64,000 nucleotides of DNA, taken from positions 173,017 through 237,016 of the forward strand of contig NMRA01000387.1 in NCBI GenBank assembly GCA_002633005.1, read 5' to 3'. Under the pieces are notes generated by a model. It was not told where the DNA came from and did not search any database. It saw nothing but the letters and a program-made list of their open reading frames with translations. Every line of letters begins with the position of its first letter. Positions within the stretch are counted from its first letter, which is position 1. Below are positions 1 through 10,470 of this stretch, in pieces. Both the position numbers and the translations under genes were made by a program. This DNA is from Phoronis australis (lineage: Eukaryota > Animalia > Phoronida).

Positions 1-426
1 CATATGTATATATTTCAATAAAGAAAATAATATAAAATAATACACATGAACATCAGAGAGCTGCTGTGTGCCATCTTCTCTTAAAAAAACTTTTTATCGA
101 CACCACTTACCATTGGTCTCAATTTGCTCCTTGGTTCGATTAAAAGTGACTTCTGCATGGTGGCAGAACTGAGATTAGTGTGCCAACTACTGGTTCTACC
201 CAAGCTGAGAGATTTTCCAGTTTGAGTAATGAGCAAGCTGAGACCTATATTGCGTACAACAGTTCAAAGGTCGTTTTTTGTTGAAAGTTGGGTTTATAGC
301 AGTTATGTCAAAGAGGTCCTTCATCAAGGATTATCTTTTAAGCTGTAAGTGAGTGATTAAGGCTATTGTGGAGTTTTCATTTGTTTCGTTTTGGTGTGGT
401 ATATAATGTGCAAGCACTTCTTTCAG

Positions 427-518
427 CGATGAATCAAAGAACATGTCTATTTACGATGAGCTGGCCTACGAAGACTCCAGCGCTATCGGTGAAATTGATG
501 ATGGTGTCGATATAACAG
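427..518 (+). CDS. MAPK8IP3: JIP3/4 exon (DESKNMSIYDELAYEDSSAIGEIDDGVDIT-G)
   Basis: tttcag acceptor, G|gtactg donor; resembles the JIP4 SLFEELSS..IGDVDEGADLLG segment. Confidence 0.9.
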
Positions 519-1129
519 GTACTGGGGGGTGGGCTGTCAAAACTCTTTCATTGCCTTTTCGTTAAATTTTCAGCTTTGAACAAGCTTCAAGGTGAGATTG
601 AGAGCATATCCTTGTCAGATATACAGGTTAGACGCCATAGGTTTTTATATGTCGTATTTTTGTGTTTATGATTGAGAGCGTCATCCTGCTGCGTTGAAGG
701 AGAGGAGATTTGATTTCCCAATGGTATAAATTTTACAATAAATCAACTACCATTACCACAGCCTATCTTTGAAGTAACACATGCGGTAATTCTCCACTTG
801 TTTCGCACAAAATAAATTAAAATCATTTTGCTGATAGTCAGGGTGTGCCAAATATAAAGACTTTGTAGTTGACATTTGTGTGTAATCAAATAAGTAACCA
901 AGCATTGCTAACTGGCTGTGTGTGAATGTAACAGAACGCCACCTGTGGGTCACCAGAATGAAGTGGGTATGCTAAATGAGTGTAGAATTACTGTACATTC
1001 ACTAATGGCACGGAGTCATATCTTTGAAGTAACCAAAATTTAAATGTTTAATACTGGGTGTCAGACATGCCGTTTTTCTTTTACCTTTGAACACTGTGTT
1101 TAGAGTTCTAACAAAATGTGATGTTACAG

Positions 1130-1162
1130 GGCGTCTGTGCACTCCTGGCGACTATTCATCTG
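1130..1162 (+). CDS. MAPK8IP3: JIP3/4 33-nt phase-1 microexon (GRLCTPGDYSS)
   Basis: Branch-like ttctaac, ttacag acceptor, TG|gtaatg donor, frame-preserving; PG[DE]Y motif as recalled in arthropod Syd at this position. Confidence 0.6.
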
Positions 1163-2832
1163 GTAATGACCTTGTAACTGTTGTAGACACATCTTGGTTT
1201 ACGCATCACCAATTTGTTTTGTCCTAGCTTTCGATATTTTTTTCATTTTGCTATATATGCAGCTCTCTGCATGATCTGTAGTGTCCATCAAAACCACTAT
1301 TTTGATCCTTTTTTCCCGAAGCCCTTCTCTTGGACACTATGAAATTCACTGCTTTTGATAAATTTGTCTGAAGTTTATGTATTTTCTTTTAGCATTCGCC
1401 TTGTATGATGCTATGTTTTTGTGTAGTACTTCTTGTAATTAACATTAATTGATTCGTCATCTCACATGTTAATATTCAAAAGTTACATCCAGCTTTCATA
1501 AGTTTCTCTAATTCTTACTGGTTCTTCATTCTGAGTGACTGTTTAGTTAGTGTCTTAGTGTTCACATGTTTCAATGCATGAACTAACACTTTTTGGGTGA
1601 ATACATCACATTAGATGTCCTGCCGAAAATTGGTCCTAAGACACCATTATATTAAAGGAATGTTTCACGTATTTCTGCTTTCCAAGGCAAAGCTCCTGGC
1701 AATACCCATTGACAAGGCATTTTGTCATCAGCTGATTGATGTATTTAACTCATGCCTGAATGCGTAAGATGATTGGTCTATGTCAGTCATTTGATTGTGG
1801 CAAAGACTTACCATGTGATGTGTGTTACCTCTCTTATTTATTCTTTAATGAGGCATTGGACTCCGTTTGGCTTACCGAAAGTTTTTTGTTGCAACTAGAT
1901 CGTGTGGGAAATGTTTGACAAAGGTTTTTTTTCAACAACTCGGAGAAAAATTATTCTTGATGCAAATAGCCATTAGGGGGAGCTGGGCTGTATGAACACA
2001 CGGGCGGTTTTGCTGATTGATTTGCTGTGTAGTAAGCAATGCGGGAATTACCTTCATTAAATAAAATCTGAGAACATATTACGTAACCATGTAAGATATT
2101 TGTATCACACTCATTTCGGTTTTTATGGAACTATAAAGCCATAAAAAAGGCTGGCTTATCAACTGAATACATTGTTACTGCTTTTCAATATTTGCCAGAA
2201 GCTATTCGTTTGACTGTGACTTGTTAGTTGTCGAAATTATCTTTGCCCACCGCAAGTGACCTCATGGTGTCAACGAACTCCGAGGCTGGGAAGTTTCACT
2301 GTGTCCGTTATCTTGACTCCAAGCATTTACATTCAACCCCATGGTCTAATCTCTGAATTCAGACTCAACTTAGGATTCGGACTAAAAAGTTAACCAATCA
2401 GACTGCATGAGGTGAATAGACATTTGTAAGTTCACTCGAAGGGTGCTTTGGAATTTGTCAATTTTGTGTCGAGTTTTGAGTGCTGAGATTAGACCCCAGG
2501 CACTGATAAGTGATCTGGTTGCATGGTAATACCTCACCGTCCTCTATCATTGTCAAGGACTTCTAATATTGGTGTGTGTGTAGTTACAGTACTGAAAATG
2601 AACATGGGAAATTGTCAAAGAAGTGATGCGTATGTTAATAAAAACAACAACGGATTTAAACCGGCTTGTCATACCGCGTACCTTCTGTGAAGACAAGGAA
2701 ATGAAATTTCCTTTATATCCACATTGTGTCCTAAACTGATCAGTAGTTTGTATTTTTGGTGCGCAAAATGGACTCTAATGCCTATCTTGCCCTTAACGCA
2801 TGGTTGATGTTGTCTTTCCTATGTTTTCCCAG

Positions 2833-2859
2833 CTGTCGACAGCGACACAGACTCTCATG
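2833..2859 (+). CDS. MAPK8IP3: JIP3/4 27-nt phase-1 microexon (AVDSDTDSH)
   Basis: ctctaat branch site, strong pyrimidine tract ending ttttcccag, ATG|gtacgc donor, frame-preserving. Confidence 0.6.
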
Positions 2860-4251
2860 GTACGCATCTTCATTATCGTAACTTCTATAATAATTTCTTT
2901 TGTTTAAATAACTGATACCGTGTGATGTGTGATAAACATTCTTCATTTGACAAACAATGTGGCAAGCAAATGGAACCTAGCTGTTAAAAAATTTGGCAGC
3001 AAGTAAAAATTTTATGAATTTGTAGCGCTGTCAATAGTAACTAAAAAGTGAAGAATGTTGCCATATATCAAGTCATTCACTTGAGACCATTGTTCATCTT
3101 GTCAACCATTGACCATTCTACGTTTTTTCAAGCATTGTAAGCACTTAGCTAAGTTTTGATGAACCAAAATTATCACTACAGTAACCCACACCAAAAGTAA
3201 TCAGAAAAATTACCCAGAATTCTCTTTTATTGTGACAGCTGAGTATAAGCGAAATTCAGTGTCAGTTGAGAGTAGCTGATTCTGAATAGTCGTTACCCGG
3301 GAAACAGGATTCTGTCTGATTACTTTTGGTGTGTACTTACGTTTTTACATTTTTTGGAACTTTCCATTCTTTCCTTCTGCACCCTCCATCCAACACGCGC
3401 TGTCACTTCTCAAATGCTTGCTGCATAAAGGTTCTTTGTACTAAAAAATTTGCCATTTTTGTCGCGAAAATGAAGACAAAACACTGGCTATTGTCCATAT
3501 ATAAATTTGTTGGAGTTGAGGCAGACTATGATTGATGGCGTCATATTTGGACCCCCCTTGTTTCTAGACTGTGGACAAATTTGTCATCAGTTCACTGTTT
3601 CACCATCTTGCTGGCACACAGCACGAAACTGACAAAACAGAGAGTGAAGGCGATCTGATGCCTTTCGTGATGTGTCAGACGTGTGCTAGACACTGTGTTG
3701 CATGAAGCTGACAGTGCATAGTAGGTGAATATTCAATGAGGGAAATGTGGTTAAAGCGATTAGCATCATTCAAAAAGTGTCATAAATAACTTTTGATTTG
3801 AATTGCTGGCTTGCTTATTGTTATTTAATTGATATCAAATTAATCCTTACCTAGATTAGAACTGATGTCTGGGGACTGTGATCTGGGGACTGATTTCTGG
3901 ACTTTGGGTGAATAGATGGTTGTTATTGCTTGGGATCTGATACAGTGATCTGATGTCCCTTCTAATTTGTGTAATGGGCAAGTTGGTTAATTTAAGTTTT
4001 TTGTTTAAGTAAATGAGCTTAGTAGCTTAAACTTTGTAATCAGATTAAGTGTGACATGTGGGCTCAATTAAGTGCAGAAATACTGTTAAGATTAAGGAGG
4101 GCTGTGAAACAATGAACTGGTGAAAAAAAATCACTAACAATTTAATGTTTCCTGTAATTTCCAAGTAAAAAGTAATCCATGTTAATTTTGGAGACTTTGT
4201 CCTGGGGTTGCTGTTCACTCTAATTCTTTATCCATCGTACCCTGCAGTGTG

Positions 4252-4664
4252 NNNNNNNNNNNNNNNNNNNNNNNNNNNNNNNNNNNNNNNNNNNNNNNNN
4301 NNNNNNNNNNNNNNNNNNNNNNNNNNNNNNNNNNNNNNNNNNNNNNNNNNNNNNNNNNNNNNNNNNNNNNNNNNNNNNNNNNNNNNNNNNNNNNNNNNNN
4401 NNNNNNNNNNNNNNNNNNNNNNNNNNNNNNNNNNNNNNNNNNNNNNNNNNNNNNNNNNNNNNNNNNNNNNNNNNNNNNNNNNNNNNNNNNNNNNNNNNNN
4501 NNNNNNNNNNNNNNNNNNNNNNNNNNNNNNNNNNNNNNNNNNNNNNNNNNNNNNNNNNNNNNNNNNNNNNNNNNNNNNNNNNNNNNNNNNNNNNNNNNNN
4601 NNNNNNNNNNNNNNNNNNNNNNNNNNNNNNNNNNNNNNNNNNNNNNNNNNNNNNNNNNNNNNNN
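4252..4664. other. Assembly gap (N run)
   Basis: 413 consecutive N. Confidence 1.
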
Positions 4665-4854
4665 AAAACTTTCATTTGGTATGTTTTTGAAAATGTCAAT
4701 AATTATAAATGAACCATGTTTGTTTATCACCTTAAAGTTTGTGAACTTAAAGATTGTAATTTGTGTTCCATTTTCCGCCAATCTTCAGTATGCACTAAAT
4801 GTGGATTGTATACAATTTGCTCATAAAACATTCTCTTTGTTTGCTTCGCTGCAG

Positions 4855-4872
4855 TGAGCGATTCATTCTTTG
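4855..4872 (+). CDS. MAPK8IP3: JIP3 18-nt microexon (VSDSFF)
   Basis: ttctctttgtttgcttcgctgcag acceptor, TTG|gtaaga donor; matches vertebrate JIP3 VRDDFF immediately before GMGKEV. Confidence 0.85.
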
Positions 4873-5520
4873 GTAAGATCCATGTTGTGAACGCATGCTT
4901 TCATTTTGTGCATGAATACGCAGCAATTTATGTGGCTGTATCGCATGCTTCCGTGTAGTAGACAATAGGTTAGCAATTAATGCTTTGGCTTGGAGGGTAT
5001 GCCAAATGTTGTGACTTTTGTTTATAATAATTTGATGGCAAAGATTTTGTATTTAAGGATTTTGAGGTTTACTTTCTTTTGATTTGTTGTGCGAAATTTT
5101 TCATTGATTTATCTGATCTTTATTCATTCTCAATTCAGCCACTGTATTGCTCATCCCGTGGTAGTTTAAAACTTTGTGACAAATAGCCATTACCATTGTG
5201 CTAAGAAATTATATTTTTACGAAATATGAACCAGTTAAGAACACTACTTTGTTGACTAGCTCGATCCATCAGTACAGTCAACAGCTAAATCTTTTGTGTT
5301 TTTAACCAAGTTGTATGTAAGAAAAGCTATTGCTAAATAATTCTAAATGCATTGAATTTTAAGGCTTTTGACATCAGAAAGGATATTCGGATTTTTAATC
5401 AAAGTTGTTGAACAAAAATTGAATTTGCTTATTCCTTTACTTAATGTGTAAAAAGTATTTTCTTTGGCAAACCCTCTTTGCATTATCATGATCCTTGTAG
5501 AAAATAAGGCAATATTCACT

Positions 5521-5604
5521 TACAGGGGCCCCTTATTTTGAGGACCAGTTTGATGCCTGTTAATTAATGGAAAAACCTAGTTCTCAAAATGCGGGGCGCC
5601 TGTA
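5521..5604. mobile_element. Short TA-flanked MITE
   Basis: tacaggggcccc..ttttgag / ctcaaaat..ggggcgcctgta inverted ends; related sequence near 63272-63335. Confidence 0.6.
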
Positions 5605-6791
5605 ACTGACTATTACTGAAAATAATGCTGTAAATAACCGCATGGGTGACAGCACAGAATTATTCCTTAAAGAGAACGGCCGCTTTGCTTACTCTTGCTT
5701 ACTATAGATGAAGAGGGCATAGTAACATAGTTCTTTAATACTTCATGATTATCTACACTTAGTCATCTAGGTGCACAACTTTCTTATAGTAATAACTATT
5801 TTTTTCTGCTGTGTAAAATGTGCAAGGTTTCGTAGCTTATTCGGAATTATTTTTACGAGTGTTGTTTAATAAATTCTCTCTGTAGTAGTTAAAGTTTCTT
5901 TGCTTTGAGGCTTTTTCTTCTTTTTGTTTTATTGCAAGTGAAGGTACAATGAGGACTTTTGTCAATAGACTTCGTTTCTTCTTGCTTGACTTGATTAAGT
6001 ATGGTGATGGTTTTTGTTCGTGATAACCAGATGTTGGCAATATTTTGTGTTTGTAATTATATTCATTGTAATTTTGCAATGCGCAGTTTTTGGTATTCAG
6101 TAGATCAATGTTTTTAATTACCTTAATGCTGAAAAGTTTTTATCCCTGGATACTTTTTTTCAAAACATGGCAAGTCTTGGTCGTTCTGGTTTAACGATTG
6201 GCTTGACTCCAGGTGGTGCCGTACCATGTGTGGATTTAATAGAGCTTTAAATCTGGAGTGCATTCCGTAGATACAAGACATTGACTTGCATCTGCGTTGA
6301 GAAATCTTGGCTTATGGAACGGAAACAATTCAATCCCATGATGCAACATTCCAACCTCACCGACCAATAACTTATCAGTGGCTGCCAGTTTGCTTGGTGG
6401 ATAGGTTGCTAAGCTTGCGAGGATACTTGCAAAGCACTCGCTTTTCGCACGCGTGATTTTGCGAGGTTTTTTTATGATCTCGCTTTTCTCACAAGGAACT
6501 TGTTCTACGGAATGCTACCCTGGTGGGCTATGGGTGGATGTGGGGTTGGTAGTTTTAGTAGAAGACTTGTCAATATTTCTTCAAAAAACAAAGATAGACA
6601 TCATGACAAAATGGTCTTTCAGTTCTGCGGATTTTGAAATTTCAATGCAGTATTCTCCTCTCTCACACTCGTGGTTCCATTTCTACACCATTTGACATGC
6701 TGCTGGAAAATGCAAATGAAAAACTTTAATTTGTTCGAATTCTTTGTTGTGAATGTTTTAATGAATTGTATTGATATTCTGTCATTTACAG

Positions 6792-6849
6792 GAATGGGTA
6801 AAGAAGTTGAAAACCTGATCGCTGAAAATACAGAACTCATTGAAACCAA
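6792..6849 (+). CDS. MAPK8IP3: JIP3/4 exon (GMGKEVENLIAENTELIETK), start of LZII
   Basis: ttacag acceptor, AA|gtaagc donor. Confidence 0.95.
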
Positions 6850-7327
6850 GTAAGCTGGGTGCTTCAGTTATGAAGGACTCTAACTTTGGAAAGTCATATC
6901 TCAGAAATGGTTGATCAGATTCAAATTAAATTTTCAGGTGCCATACTCATAGGTGGATTTGGGGGGCAAGGGGCGTGGACCCCCTTTGGCTGCCGTAAAA
7001 AATAAAACAGCCAGAGCATGAGGAAATATTGAGTTCATTAACTAACCCCAGTAATTAACATGCGGTTGAGATAAGATTTAACAAGTTTCAGTTTGTGTGT
7101 GCGGGGTGGGTCAGTGCCGTCGCAATCGGCTTCCCCTTTTTTTCTTTTTTTAGTCGTGAATAACTTCAGAAGTTCGAGACCCCCACCTATATTTAGGCTG
7201 GGTGCACCCACGCAATCTTGCTTCATGCGATTCCCTGAGACGCAATGTTGGGGCCCACCCCTATGATATCCTATGCCTTGATCTCCATATTGCAGTTAGG
7301 AATTGTTTTCATGATCCACTTTTGTAT

Positions 7328-7736
7328 GAGGGGCTATGAAACATTAGACTTCTATTATGATTTTTCATGAAAAGTCAAAAGTGGCTTGAAACAAACTGTA
7401 ATAACATTTTTGAGATTTCATCTTGGACATTAATCACAAACAAATTGTTGTCATGCTACTGGTACTGTCTTAATGCTATAGACGTACCCTTCTTTTAGCC
7501 AAATTTTGCTAAAAATTTGATCATATATGACATGGTCATGTATGACGTTTGACAGTATAGACCCAGAGTTTGACAACTCTGTGCCTCCCTCCAATGCTAA
7601 AAAAAGTAAAGTTGAAAGTCAAATTTTGCAGGACTTCTACTTATAGAAAATGTGTACTTTTACTGAGTTAAAATCTAGTTTTTTAGGTATTTGGCCAAAT
7701 ACGCATACTTGTTGATGAGGTCCTATGTAACCTTAA
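7328..7736. repeat. Dispersed non-autonomous DNA-transposon-like repeat
   Basis: Colinear diverged copy at 38360-38748 (gaggggctat...gtccta..acctt ends). Confidence 0.6.
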
Positions 7737-8759
7737 ATAAGCTTGATGAAATCTGTTATAAAACAAAATTTATTTATAGCTAGTGGTTTGTTATTCAGTG
7801 TAATCATTGCCTGACATTAATTAGCTTGTATTAATTAGCAACTGTGGGTTTGTGTACATTTATTGTTACCTCATGACATCCAATCTAGGCAGTTATATAT
7901 AGCCATTGATCACCGTAACCTTCCTTCTTCTGATCAAGATTTGTGGTGCTAATTGTACCTATCCTCCAATAATGAAATGTTTTGGAGAAATTGAATTAAA
8001 ATTTGTATATGTCACGCTATGAATTGAAGGTGGTTTAAAGATGGTGGCAGTGAATATTCATGTCAAAATATGGTAAATGGCATTCATTAGAACTCTTGCT
8101 TGGGAGACACAATTTCATTAAGATAACGATCAGTCGTATTGCATTACATAGCCATTTCAATCAAGTTAACCGATATTTTCATTAGTGTTCAACATATACC
8201 ACTATCATAAGAGGACTCCAACCGTGAAAGCCACTATGCTTCAGTTGAGATCAGAATTGATGCAACCGTTTTAGGAAACAGCAATCTTGCCATGCAGCAG
8301 GGACATCTATTGCCAGTCTTTTAGCTGAGCACCGTTTGTCTGGCTGGATCATGTGGCATGCACTTGTTGCTGTGGGGAGAGAATAACCTTTGACCTATTG
8401 CAGAATTTGTTACAGCCTCTCAAACCAAAATCAACATGGGGAAGAAACAACATTTGACCCATTGCAGAATTTGTTCTACCTCTCAAACCACAAGCAAAAC
8501 AGTAATGGTCCATTTACGGAATTAACTAGCTCAATGAAGGTCTGATATCATTGGATGATGCCCTCTAGTGGTCAGTTGGCATAGCTAGCTGTGAATAGAT
8601 TGCCCCAGCTTTGCTGCTATCCTATCCAAGGCTCACTGCACACAATATAAAAAGCAAAGACTTAATGGGTCCTGTAATGGAGCACAAACCCGGCCATTAA
8701 ACGCAGCTCCTATTTCCTGCTTTACTTTAATAATTTTTTTTTTCATTTCTTTCCTCCAG

Positions 8760-8967
8760 AAATGCGCTGAATATAGTGAAGGACGACCTGATTGCTCAGT
8801 TAGACGAGCTGAACAGCGAACAAGAACTTCTAAAAGAGCAAGTGCAATCAATGGAGACGGTGAAATCGAGACTGAAACTGCGTGTCAGCGAATTGGAGGA
8901 TGAGCTGAAGAAAACGAAGGAAGAGCTTAGTCAAAAGGGGGCGCAGAACAATCCTGGCGATGAGGAG
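8760..8967 (+). CDS. MAPK8IP3: JIP3/4 exon, LZII coiled coil (NALNIVKDDLIAQLDEL...GDEE)
   Basis: ctccag acceptor, GAG|gtataa donor; heptad pattern. Confidence 0.95.
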
Positions 8968-9174
8968 GTATAATATGTTACATAAATAAGGATGTAGGGC
9001 GAAATCTTGCAATGCACGCCATACGAATTTTCTCGGTTAGGTGAACGTACAAATGTCTCTTACTTGCCATTCAGTATGTCAAAAATTAATGACACTTTGC
9101 AGAAGTTATATTTTTAACTAGAACTTGTGCGTGTTTACTAAAGGAGTGCCTCTTGACTTCTTATTTCTGTTTAG

Positions 9175-9362
9175 GACGACGTGCCAGTGTCGATGCGTAA
9201 GCGTTTCACTCGTGTTGAGATGGCACGCGTGCTTATGGAGCGCAACCAGTACAAAGAACGGCTGATGGAACTCCAAGAAGCGGTCCGGTGGACGGAGATG
9301 ATCCGTGCCTCCAAAGAACATCCGGATCTGCAGCCAAAGAAAAAGTCCAGCATCTGGAACTT
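9175..9362 (+). CDS. MAPK8IP3: JIP3/4 exon, RH2 domain
   Basis: [40 protein letters not shown]; tttag acceptor, TT|gtgagt donor. Confidence 0.97.
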
Positions 9363-10169
9363 GTGAGTATTTAAGAGGTCCTATGACATGTCATCTTTGG
9401 TAATTCTTTACATATTCAGTGCACAATATAGCCGTCAAGTGGAATTTTAGTTGTCAAATTTCCCAATGAAAGTAAAGATTAAGAAAACGTTAGTCTATTA
9501 TGAGATTAGTTTGGTTTATACTGTGTACGGGTGAGAAACAACATGACTGCTGGACCCAAAATAGGACCACTGGTCCTCCAAATCGGACTGACTCACCACA
9601 AACAGGTCCTAGGGGGATCAAATGGTTCTTACGGTCCAGATAATGGGACTAATGCACCTAAAAAACATGACCGCCTGACAAAATGTTGCCGATGCCTGTG
9701 TGTGATACTGGTTATGACGATACTTTATCCACGCTTGATCTGTCACATGCTCATGACAGTGTATGTCTAATTGGCTTAAGCCTGTATTACTGGGCATTTC
9801 AGTGGATATATTAACTGAAAAGCTGTTATATACAATAAAGATGAGATTTTAATAAGCACACATGTAAATTATGTACCTGCCTTACAAAAAAATATCTAAA
9901 ACACTGGAATCATTTAAAACAAGGAGCTTGATGCCGGGCATTGTCGTTGCCTAAATGAGTGTATACACACAAAAATAACTTACTGACTTCTAATATCACG
10001 AGTCAAAGATAGTCTGGAAAAGAAACAAATTTTCAAAATGTAATAGTCTGTAGTTACATGTTGTACATAAATTGTTCATGTCGGACACGAACAGTTATGA
10101 AGTATATTACAGAGCGGAACGATTGTGCATGGTTCTTTCAATATTGTTTATATGTCATCACAATTGAGT

Positions 10170-10470
10170 GGTGGGGCGGTCACGTTTTATTACCCAGCGG
10201 TCATGTTCAGTCCCTAGCGGTCCTGTTTTGTGTCGGGTGGTCATGTGCTTAGGTGTAGCGGTCCCATTATCTGGTCTGTAAGTCCCATTTCATCCCCCTA
10301 GATCCTGTGTTGTGTTGAGTCGGTCCGATTTGGAGCAGCGGTGGTCCTGATTTTGGTCTGGCGGTCATGCAGTGATGTTGTTTGGGTCCAGCGATTATGT
10401 TGTTTGGATCCAGTGGTCATGTTGTTTGGGTCCAGCGGTCATGTTGTTTTGGTGCAGTGGTCATGTTGGT
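10170..10470. repeat. Degenerate ~21-22 bp minisatellite (cagcggtcatgttgtttgggtc)
   Basis: Repeated gcggtc/gtggtc-atgtt units. Confidence 0.7.

Noticed and set aside
827-955. Similarity to 34340-34455 (and 43431-43586 to 51821-51982) as conserved regulatory elements
   Set aside because: More simply explained as old dispersed repeat fragments.
3340-3445. Pyrimidine/TGC-rich acceptor-like stretch ending ataaag
   Set aside because: No frame-preserving donor; an in-frame stop follows within a few codons.
4208-4857. Long ORFs full of X in the ORF track
   Set aside because: Artefacts of the N gap.
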